Assembly: GCA_963745035.1 (NCBI GenBank)
Contig: CAVUVW010000013.1
Span: 192,001 to 256,000 of the forward strand
DNA: 64,000 nt
Direction of reading: 5' to 3'
DNA from: an uncultured delta proteobacterium
GTDB lineage: Bacteria > Desulfobacterota > Binatia > UBA9968
Shown here: positions 1 through 8,728 of the stretch, one piece after another
How the letters are laid out: each line of letters begins with the position of its first letter
How positions within the stretch are numbered: the first letter of the stretch is position 1
Translations under genes and position numbers: made by a program
The notes under the pieces: generated by a model
Seen by the model: only the letters and a program-made list of their open reading frames with translations
The model's database searches: none
Told to the model about the DNA's origin: nothing

Positions 1-141
1 ACGTTCATGCGCGCCTTCACCGACAAAGGACGCTATACCGATCTCCTCAGGGCCGTGCCGGTACAGGTCGTGCTGAACGAGCGGGCGGCGCTGCGCGGCG
101 CCGCCTATTACGCGGCGTTTCTATCCGATGACGAAACCTGA
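1..141 (+). CDS. glk: glucokinase, C-terminal fragment (runs off the window start)
   Basis: Frame 1 reads TFMRAFTDKGRYTDLLRAVPVQVVLNERAALRGAA, typical of the Glk C-terminus; TGA at 139-141; overlaps pgl. Confidence 0.8.
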   Translation, partial: TFMRAFTDKGRYTDLLRAVPVQVVLNERAALRGAAYYAAFLSDDET

Positions 142-856
142 AATCATCGTTTGCCCGGACGCCGCCGCGCTCGCGCGCCAAGGCGCCGAGCAATTCATCG
201 CGCGCGCCGGCGAAACGGTCGCCCGCGCGGGGCGGTTTGCCGTCGCGCTTTCCGGCGGCTCGACGCCGGCGGCGCTCTATTCTCTTCTCGCCGCAGAGTT
301 CCGCGATCGCGTCGATTGGCCGCGCGTGCATCTTTTCTGGGGGGACGAACGCTGTGTGCCCCCGGACCATCCCGATAGCAACTTCCGCATGACGCGAGAG
401 CATCTGCTCGATCGCATCCAACTGCCGCCGGAAAATATTCACCGTATGCAGGGCGAGACAGAGCCGGTTGCGGCGGCCGCCGCCTACGAATCGGAGCTGA
501 GAAAATTTTTTAGCGCGGGACTGCCGCGCTTCGACCTCGTCTTGCTCGGTTTGGGCGAAGACGGCCATACGGCATCGCTCTTTCCCGGCAGCTCGGCGCT
601 GAAGGAAACCGAACATTGGGTCGCCGCGGTGTACGTGGACAAATTGCGCTCGCATCGCTTGACCTTGACCTTGCCCGTGATCAACGCCGCGGTGCACGTT
701 GCGTTTCTGGTTGCCGGCGCGAGCAAGGCCGCCATCGTCAAGGAAATTCTCGGCTCGGCCAACGCTTCGAGCTACCCGGCGGCGCAGGTCATGCCGGCCC
801 GTGGGCAGTTGACCTGGCTGATTGCCGCCGATGCGGCCGCCGGTCTGCCGCAGTGA
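128..856 (+). CDS. pgl: 6-phosphogluconolactonase
   Basis: ALSGGSTP, FWGDERCVPPDHPDSNF and LGLGEDGHTASLFP motifs. Confidence 0.95.
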   Translation: MTKPEIIVCPDAAALARQGAEQFIARAGETVARAGRFAVALSGGSTPAALYSLLAAEFRDRVDWPRVHLFWGDERCVPPDHPDSNFRMTREHLLDRIQLPPENIHRMQGETEPVAAAAAYESELRKFFSAGLPRFDLVLLGLGEDGHTASLFPGSSALKETEHWVAAVYVDKLRSHRLTLTLPVINAAVHVAFLVAGASKAAIVKEILGSANASSYPAAQVMPARGQLTWLIAADAAAGLPQ

Positions 857-906
857 AGTTGCCGATGCCGGATCGCGTGATTGAGCGATAGAGGGTTGGA
901 CCGCGC

Positions 907-1497
907 TTAATTGATTTTCGTCAGCTCGCGACGAATCTGCTCGTTGGTTGCCCGCTTGTTGTAATCGACTTCGATAAATTTCCAGCGCACGATTCCCTTG
1001 GGGTCGATGACGTAGGTCGCGGGATGGGGCCAGCCGCGGCCGTCGGGGTTGAAGATGCCGTAGCGGTCGATGACTTTGTGATCTTTGTCTTCGAGCAGCG
1101 GAAAATCGAATTCGCCGTCGAAGCGCTTGCGCAGCATGTCACCGAATTTTTTCGAGTCCGCGTGCGAGTCGACGCTCACCGCGAGAATCTGGGTATTTTC
1201 CTTCTGCTTTTTGGTCAATAAACTTTTCAGCTCGCCGAGCTGAGCGACACAAGCTGGTCACCAGTAGCCGCGATAGAAAACCAGCACGACGCTTTTCTTG
1301 CCGCGAAAATCCGACAACGTGATCGCTTTGCCGTCGGCGGCTTCGAGGCTGAAATCGGGCGCCGCCTGGCCCACTTTGACGCGGTTCAGATCGGTCGGCG
1401 CCAGATCGAGCCCCTCCTTCGGTCCGAGCTGCGCACCGGCGGGAGTGCTCATCAAGAACAGGGCAAAAGCTACAATGACGATTCGTCGTGCCGGCAT
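907..1497 (-). CDS. secreted peroxiredoxin-like (AhpC/TSA) protein, predicted selenoprotein with UxxC motif
   Basis: ORFs 1258..1698 and 907..1218 share a frame across TGA 1258-1260, giving [20 protein letters not shown]; RBS CAGGAG before ATG 1497; signal peptide; APDFSL, LAVSVDS and PATYVID motifs. Confidence 0.88.
1227..1243 (-). promoter_or_regulatory. candidate bacterial SECIS hairpin
   Basis: On the mRNA, TCAGCTC-GGC-GAGCTGA forms a 7-bp stem with a G-containing loop beginning about 22 nt after the in-frame UGA. Confidence 0.6.
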
Positions 1498-1537
1498 AGG
1501 TTGTCTCCTGCGGATCCAGAAAGCTCTAACAAGATTT

Positions 1538-2359
1538 TTATAGCGAGTCAGCACCGCCGGGAATTTTTTTCGATATGACGACGTGGCGGCGGAAGCGCCG
1601 TTGGGCGAGAGCGCGGAAAATGTTCGGCGCATGGCGCCTGAGCGAAGACATGAGCGCCAGCCAATGCGGCAGGACCACTTCGAAGCGCTTGTTTTCAAGG
1701 ACCTGAATCACCGCGCGGGCAACCGTTTCCGTGGGCACGATCGCGCCGGTGGGCGATTTGGGCTCGCTGTCGCGAAAGCGGTGATTGAAGCCGGTCTCCA
1801 CCGGACCCGGACAGACGATCGAAACGTGGACGCCCAAGGGTTTCAGCTCATGATAGAGGCTTTCCGACCAGCCGTTGAGGGCGAACTTGGAGGCACAATA
1901 GGCCGCCATGTTGAGGGTGCCGATAAGGCCGGCGCCGGAAGAAATGTTGACGATCTGCCCATCGCGCCGCGCGATCATGGAGGGCAGCACTTCATGGGCG
2001 CAGTACACCGCACCGAGATAATTGATGCGCATGATCTCTTCGACGGTCGTGAGGTCGGTTTCCATGAACGGCCTGCGCATGCCGACGCCGGCATTGTTGA
2101 TCAGCACGTCGATCTTGCCGAAGTCGGCGAGGATCTTCGCAACCATGCCGCGCACCTGCTCGGCATCGCTCACGTCGCAGCCGATCATCGTCGAGGACGG
2201 GCTCGCGCGGCGGACTTCTTTCAGCGTTTCTTTGAGCCGCGCGATGGAACGGCCGCAGCCGGCAACGATGGCGCCGCGCGCCGCCAGATCAAGGGCGAGC
2301 TGCCTGCCGATGCCGCTGGAGGCTCCCGTGATCAGGATCACTTGATCTTTGAAGTCCAT
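1538..2359 (-). CDS. short-chain dehydrogenase/reductase (SDR)
   Basis: [12 protein letters not shown] and YCASK motifs. Confidence 0.93.
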   Translation of the reverse strand: MDFKDQVILITGASSGIGRQLALDLAARGAIVAGCGRSIARLKETLKEVRRASPSSTMIGCDVSDAEQVRGMVAKILADFGKIDVLINNAGVGMRRPFMETDLTTVEEIMRINYLGAVYCAHEVLPSMIARRDGQIVNISSGAGLIGTLNMAAYCASKFALNGWSESLYHELKPLGVHVSIVCPGPVETGFNHRFRDSEPKSPTGAIVPTETVARAVIQVLENKRFEVVLPHWLALMSSLRRHAPNIFRALAQRRFRRHVVISKKIPGGADSL

Positions 2360-2608
2360 GGCTCCGTTAATCGGGCGAAGATCGGTCAGAGCGGCATAAG
2401 GGGCTTCGAGCGCCTCGCGCTGGTTGGGATATTTAAACGGAACCGAGTTTTCAGCTGTGGCGAGCAGCCCGTCACGTAACGTGGCCGATGGAACTTCGCT
2501 CCGGTGATCATCGATTTCATCTACACGCTACTTTGGCGTCCATCTTACCCGGCATGCACGTGGATGTTATGCTCGGAAATGATGCTATTGCAACGACAAA
2601 GAGTGAAA

Positions 2609-3890
2609 ATGAAAACGCAAAGACACCATCCGTCGCCGCGGCGCGTGGTGGTCACCGGTTTGGGCGCGGTGGCGCCCAACGGCATCGGCATCGAGGCCTA
2701 TGGCGCGGCGCTGTGCGCCGGCGCGAGCGGCATCGGCGCGATCTCATGCTTCGATCCCGGGCGGCTCGACTGCCGGGTGGCGGCCGAGGTGAAAGATTTT
2801 CCGATGGAAGATTTCGTCGGCGAGCGCGACATGCGCCGGCTCGGCCGCGTCGTGCCGCTGCTGATCGCGGCCAGTGCCGAAGCGTTGCACGGCGGGCGCG
2901 TTTGCGCGGCGCGCATGACCGTCGCGGAGCAGCAATCCTGGGGCGTCGTCATCGGCAGCGGCGGCGGCGCGCCCGATTTCATGGAGGCGCAGTACCGGCG
3001 CTATTTCGCCGATCAGGTGACGCGAGTGAGCGCCTACAACATTTCCAGCTCGACGCCGGGCAGCTTGTCGAGCGAAATTTCGCTGCGCTTTGGTTTCCGC
3101 GGCCCGAGCCACTTGATTTCCACCGGCTGCACCAGCTCGACGGACGCATTGGGCTACGCTTTCAACATGATTCGTTTCGGTCTGGCGGATCATCTCATCA
3201 CCGGCGGCGCCGACGCGACGATTACGCCCGGCGTCATGCAAGGATTTTGCGTGATGGGCGTGGTTTCGTCGTCGCGCAATCACGATCCGGAGAGCGCTTC
3301 CCGGCCCTTCGATCGCACGCGCGACGGCTTTGTGCTCGGCGAGGGCGCGTGGATTCTGGTTCTCGAGGAGCGCGAGCAGGCGCTCGAACGGGGCGCGCGG
3401 ATCTCCGGCGAAATTCTCGGCTACGCCTCGACCTGCGACGCGCACCACCGCGTGCGCCTCGATCCGAACGGCATCGAGCCGGCGCGGGCGATGAGCCTGG
3501 CGATCGAGGACGCGAACCTGCGACAAGACGGAGATCGGCTACGTGGCGTTGCACGGCACCTCGACTCAGTTGAACGACAAGACTGAGACCCTGGCGGCGA
3601 AGCTCTGCTTCGGCGCGCGCGCCCGCGACGTGCCGATGAGCTCGATCAAGTCGATGATCGGTCATCCGCAGGGAGCTTCGGGCGCCGCGGGCGTGGTGGC
3701 GGCGATCCTGGCGATGAACCGCGGTTTTCTCCCGCCGACGGTAAATTACGCCGAAGCCGATCCGGAATGCGATCTCAACTACATTCCGAATCGCGGCATC
3801 GAGCGCCCGACGGAAGTCGCGCTGTGCAACTGCATCGGTTTTGGCTCGAAGAACTCGGCGCTGGTCGTCGCGCGCGGCGACGCGGCATGA
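2609..3890 (+). CDS. FabF-like beta-ketoacyl-ACP synthase (one frameshift near 3530)
   Basis: RRVVVTGLG, STGCTSS (Cys), RPFDRTRDGFVLGEG; second frame supplies HGTST and KSMIGHPQGASG (His-His). Confidence 0.88.
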
Positions 3891-4591
3891 AGCGCAGCGC
3901 GGAGAAGGAGATGATGGATCTTCCCGGGCAGCCGCGAGACCTGCTCGCCGGCGATCTGGGCAATCTGCGCATCATCAACCGTTATCTCGGTTGCTATCGC
4001 AACGTGATCAGCGGCGTGGCCCGTCTTGTCGAAGAACAGAAGATCGATCGCTTCCGGCTGCTCGACGTCGGCGCCGGCAGCGGCGACGTCGCCGCGGCAA
4101 TCGCCCGGTGGGCGCGGCGCCGGGGCATCGCCGCGCGGATCAGCGGCCTGGAGCGTGACGCGATCACCGTCGAACAGGCGGTGGACCAGACGAGAAACTT
4201 GCCCGAGATCGCCGTCGTTCAAGGCGACGCCCTGGCGCCGCCGTTTCGCGCCGGAGCTTTCGATTTCATCCTGGCTTCGCAACTGCTCCATCATTTCACC
4301 GACGAACAGATCGTCAGCCTGCTGCGCGCCTGGGCGCCGCTCGCGCGCCGAGCGATCATCGTCGCCGATCTGGTGCGCCATCCGCTCGCCTACCACGGCA
4401 TTCGTTTACTGACACGCGCGCTCACGCGCAACCAGATGACCCGGGTCGACGCGCCGCTCTCGGTGCGGCGCGCCTGCACCCTCGCCGAATGGCGCGAGCT
4501 GATACGCCGCGCGGACATCGGCACGTTCCGCGTCGAGCGGGCGCTGCCGTTTCGCGTGCTCGGCGTGATTTCGCTCGAAGGGCGATCATGA
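3887..4591 (+). CDS. SAM-dependent methyltransferase
   Basis: LLDVGAGSGD motif I, LLHHF; ATGA overlap with KAS. Confidence 0.88.
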   Translation: MKRSAEKEMMDLPGQPRDLLAGDLGNLRIINRYLGCYRNVISGVARLVEEQKIDRFRLLDVGAGSGDVAAAIARWARRRGIAARISGLERDAITVEQAVDQTRNLPEIAVVQGDALAPPFRAGAFDFILASQLLHHFTDEQIVSLLRAWAPLARRAIIVADLVRHPLAYHGIRLLTRALTRNQMTRVDAPLSVRRACTLAEWRELIRRADIGTFRVERALPFRVLGVISLEGRS

Positions 4592-5727
4592 AAATTTGCG
4601 ACGTCGTCATCGTCGGCGCCGGCCCCGCCGGATCGGCCGCGGCCATCGGCCTGGCGCGGCGCGGCTACGAAGTCGCGCTGCTCGACAAAAAATACTTTCC
4701 GCGGGAAAAACTCTGCGGCGATTTCATCAATCCGATCAATCGGCCGCTTTTTCGCGATCTCGGCGTCGAAGAGCAAGTGCTCGCGCTGCCCCACGGCACC
4801 GTGAGCGGGTTTCGCATCACGACCTTTTCAGGCCGGGCAGCCGAGGTGGAATTCGCACAGCGCGAGCATGGAACTGAGTCCGGCCTGGGCCTGCGCCGCG
4901 CGCATCTGGATCAAGCGCTGTTGCAGAGGGCCAAGGCCCTGGGCGTGACGATTTATCAAGGACTGCGGATCGACAAACTCTGGCGCGCGCCGGAGGGGTG
5001 GCGCTTGAGCGCCGACGGCGAAGAGAGCTGGCGAGCAAAGATCCTGATCGGCGCCGACGGGCGCAATTCCTGGGTGGCGCGGCAGCTCGGTCTGTACCGG
5101 CGGTCCACCACGGAGGGACGTGCCATCGGCTTTCAGAGCCGATTGCTCTTTTCCGGCGCGATCGGCGACAAGGTCGAGATCCATCTGTTTCCCGGCGGCT
5201 ACGCCGGCGTCGTCGGGCTCGGCGACGGTACGGTCAATCTTTGCCTGGCCGTCGACAAGCGCAGACTGCCGCGCGAGCGCGGCGCGGAATACTTATTCGC
5301 CGAAGTGTTGCCGCGGAATCCTCGTTTGGCAGATATTCTTCAACGGAGCGAACGCGCCTCCGAGTTGCGCTCCATCTATCCGGTTTATTTTCCGCCGCGC
5401 CGCTCGGCCGCCGACGGCGCGCTGCTCGTCGGCGACGCGGCGCGTGTGTCGGAGCCGGTGACCGGAGAGGGCATCTATTTCGCCCTGCGCAGCGGTTTGC
5501 TGGCGGCGAAAACGATCGATCTCGCGTTGCGCCAAGGAGATCTTGCCGTGCATAGTTTGGCCGGCTACGAGCGCGCCTGCCGGCGCGCCTTTCGCTCGCG
5601 CTTGGCATTGAACACGCTGATTGGTTTTGCCATTTATCGGCCGGCCTTACTCGAGCCGGTCATCCGGCTGTCGGCGAAAAACGGGCGTCTGCTGCATTCG
5701 CTGGTCGACGCGGTGTGCATGCCTTAA
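4588..5727 (+). CDS. FAD-dependent oxidoreductase, geranylgeranyl reductase-like
   Basis: VGAGPAG, FPREKLCG, GADG and VGDAA...PVTGEGI motifs; ATGA overlap. Confidence 0.88.
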   Translation: MKICDVVIVGAGPAGSAAAIGLARRGYEVALLDKKYFPREKLCGDFINPINRPLFRDLGVEEQVLALPHGTVSGFRITTFSGRAAEVEFAQREHGTESGLGLRRAHLDQALLQRAKALGVTIYQGLRIDKLWRAPEGWRLSADGEESWRAKILIGADGRNSWVARQLGLYRRSTTEGRAIGFQSRLLFSGAIGDKVEIHLFPGGYAGVVGLGDGTVNLCLAVDKRRLPRERGAEYLFAEVLPRNPRLADILQRSERASELRSIYPVYFPPRRSAADGALLVGDAARVSEPVTGEGIYFALRSGLLAAKTIDLALRQGDLAVHSLAGYERACRRAFRSRLALNTLIGFAIYRPALLEPVIRLSAKNGRLLHSLVDAVCMP

Positions 5728-5828
5728 AAAATGCGCCGGCACCGTCGCAGCGCCGCGGTCTGCCTTGTCATTGTCCGAGAACTGAATAGAATGGGCCAAT
5801 CCCATTCTGACCCGAGGACCGTTCAAGC

Positions 5829-7496
5829 ATGACCGCGGAGTTCACTGCCGAAGAACAGGCTCGCCTGGCGCCGTTTTTTACCAATCTCGATCGCTCGACC
5901 TTCGGCCTCAAGCTGCCGCAGGAAGTCGCCGGCGCGCTGTTCTCGCGCTACAGCCGCTCGACCAAGAGTCTGCGGCGGACTTTCTTGGATGAATTTCTCG
6001 GCGATCCCGAGCTGGGCTTGACGGATTTGCTCGGCGCCCAAACGAATGCCTCGAACGACAGCGCGGCTTTGAAGAAAGCGCGGGCGTTTTACGAGCGCGT
6101 GCTGGTCGGCTACGGCGACGATTCGGTCGCGCAGTTGGGCGGCGCCCATCTCGCCTGCGAGAACATTTCCAACGTCGCCGCCAAGCTGCTCGAAGACGCG
6201 CGCATCGGCATCGCGCCGCTGGAGAAATCGACGCGCTACGTGCGCTTCGATCAGAAGGACGCTGCCGGAAATTATCTGTTCTACCGCGAGCCGAAGATCA
6301 TGGCGTCGCGCCATCGCGACGCTTACCTCGAAACGATGAATCTGCTCTTCGACACCTACTCGCAGCAGATGGAGCCGATGCTGGCGTCGATTGCCAAGGC
6401 ACTGCCCATCGAGCAACTGGAAGTGCGCGATCCGAGCAACGGGAAAGCTCTCGCGTACGCCGATGCGAAGAAAGATGATCGGCTGCGGCGCTGGGCGGAG
6501 ACCGCCTATCGCGCCACCGTGCGCGCGCATGCCTGCGACGTGCTGCGCAGTTATCTGCCGGCGGCGACACTCGACCAACGTCGGCATGTTCGGCGTCGGC
6601 CAGGCGTTCGAGTATCTGATCAGCAAGTTTTACTCGCACGAGTTGAGCGAGGCGAAGGAGCTGGGCGCCGCGATGCACGGCGAGCTGAATCAGCTCATTC
6701 CGTCGTTCGTCAAGCGCGCGCAGTTGAACGAATATCTCGCCGGCACAAGTGCGGCGGCGAAGGCGCTGGCGTGCTCGGTACGCGCCCGCTACGCACGACG
6801 CCGTCAGCGAACCGGTTGCGCTGATCGACTACGACGCCGACGCGGAAGGAAAAGTCATCGCGGCGATTCTTTACGCTCATGCGCGACATCCGCTGGAACA
6901 GCTCCGCCAGATCGCCGCAGCGATGAGCGCCGATCAGCGACGGCAGATTCTCGCCGAGCATTTCGCCAAACGGCGCCATCGCCGCGACAAGCTCAGCCGC
7001 GCGTTCGAGAACGTCTATTACACGTTCGACATCCTCGGAAATCTCGGCCTCTACCGCGATCTTCACCGCCACCGGATTCTCACGCAGGAGCGCCAGGACT
7101 TCACCACCGTGCACGGCTACGACACGCCGCCGGAGATCGAAGAGGCCGGCTTCAAGAACGAGTTCGACGATTGCATGAAACGTGCGGCGGATTTGTACGA
7201 GCGCATTTACGCCGATCTGCCGAGCGAAGCTCAGTACGTCGTGCCTTTCGCGTACAAGATCCGCTGGTACATGAAAATGAACTTGCGCGAAGCGCTTGCA
7301 TATGTGCGAGCTCCGCACCATGCCCCAGGGCCATCCCGACTATCGCTTCATCTGCCAGGAAATGTGGCGCAAGATTCAGGAGGTCCATCCGGCATTGTCC
7401 GAATCAGGAAAATTCATCGACTGGCAGAAGTACCGGCTGGGACGGTTGCAATCGGAGATGCGGACGGAGTTCAAGAAGTCGGCGTTTGAGAAGTAG
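5829..7496 (+). CDS. thyX: FAD-dependent thymidylate synthase, tandem-domain type (three frameshifts)
   Basis: YGDDSVAQL, EKSTRYV, RDLHRHR and ELRT..QGHPDYR motifs distributed over four consecutive frames. Confidence 0.85.
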
Positions 7497-7560
7497 CGTA
7501 GTTCGGATCTAGTGCTCCACGAGCATGTTCCGGCGTAGCAAGACCGAGTAGAAGTGCCAA

Positions 7561-8625
7561 ATGACAGTTCGATTTGCCCAATTCGTACATGCTTCCCACG
7601 ATGTGGTGGACGAAGCTTTTCTGCGGGAATTTCCCGAAATCGAGGCGGTGAAGGCCAATAATCTTGAAACCCTTGCCGCTGCGCTCGAGGGTGCGGAGAT
7701 TTTCCAGGTTTACAACTCCGCATTCACACCAGAGTTCGCCAAGCTCGTGCGTGACAAGGGCCGCGCATTGAAATGGATTCAGTTCACCACCGTCGGCATC
7801 GATATCGCGCTGAAAGCGGGGCTGCCTGACGGTGTTTGGGTCACCAATTCAGGCGACGTGAGCCAGCGGGTGCTGGCCGGGCACGCCATCGCGCTGATGC
7901 TCGGCGTGATGCGCGGCTTTCGCCGGTTCGAGCCGCTGCGCGCGCGTCGCGATTATGCGAGGCAAGCCCTGCCTCGCTACATGATGGCGCCGGATGGCGC
8001 GCGCATGCTGATCCTAGGCATGGGGCGCATCGGCCAGGACATCGCGCGCAAGGCCAAGGCTTTCGACATGGAAGTGATCTGCGTCACCCGCGCGTCCGCT
8101 CCCGCCGTGCCCGAGATCGACCGCGTGGTGCCGCGGGAAAAGGTGGACGAGGTGCTTCCCAGCGCCGACGTGGTCATGGTCGCGATGCCGCTCGACGCGG
8201 GCACTCAGGGATTTTTGAGCGCCGAAAGGATCGCGCTCATGAAAGAGACGGCGATGTTCGTAAACATCTCCCGCGGCAAGGTGGTGGACGAGGCGGCTTT
8301 GGCCCGCGCGCTGGCCGAAGGTCGCATCATGGGGGCCGGGCTCGACGCTTTCGCCAAAGAACCGTTGCCCGCGGACAGCCCGCTCTGGGATCTCCCCAAC
8401 GTGCTGATGACGCCCCATGTCGGCGGGAACGGCGGGCGCGAATTGTGGCGGCGGATGAGCGACCTCGTGCGCGACAATACGCGCCGCTATCTTTCGGGTG
8501 CGCCGCTGAAACACGTCGTCCGAACACCCGATGGAACCCTCCAAGGCTTTGAAAACCCGCAGTCTGGAAACTCGATGATGGGCGACTCGGCTGCGCCTAG
8601 ATCGCTCGCAACACGATCCGAATAA
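7561..8625 (+). CDS. D-2-hydroxyacid dehydrogenase family protein
   Basis: GMGRIG, VNISRGKVVDE, LDAFAKEPLP and TPHVGG motifs. Confidence 0.92.
   Translation: MTVRFAQFVHASHDVVDEAFLREFPEIEAVKANNLETLAAALEGAEIFQVYNSAFTPEFAKLVRDKGRALKWIQFTTVGIDIALKAGLPDGVWVTNSGDVSQRVLAGHAIALMLGVMRGFRRFEPLRARRDYARQALPRYMMAPDGARMLILGMGRIGQDIARKAKAFDMEVICVTRASAPAVPEIDRVVPREKVDEVLPSADVVMVAMPLDAGTQGFLSAERIALMKETAMFVNISRGKVVDEAALARALAEGRIMGAGLDAFAKEPLPADSPLWDLPNVLMTPHVGGNGGRELWRRMSDLVRDNTRRYLSGAPLKHVVRTPDGTLQGFENPQSGNSMMGDSAAPRSLATRSE
8431..8585 (+). repeat. 3' segment of the dehydrogenase gene; diverged copies at 15471-15584 and 16502-16548
   Basis: gcgacaatacgcgccgctatctttcgggtg... recurs at 15471; ggcgggcgcgaattgtggcg...gacctcgtgcgcgaca recurs at 16502. 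Confidence 0.9.
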
Positions 8626-8728
8626 CTTCGCAGTATCCCAAGCTCGTCTTGAAACATTCATCGGGTCGGGAGTAAAAAGCAATTTTGCTAAACCGTGTGT
8701 GCCTCAATGAGTTAGTCCGAGACTCTGC

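Noticed and set aside
1258-1698. Separate 146-aa and 103-aa ORFs in the ORF track
   Set aside because: Better explained as one gene from ATG 1497 reading through TGA; the upstream extension overlaps the SDR gene
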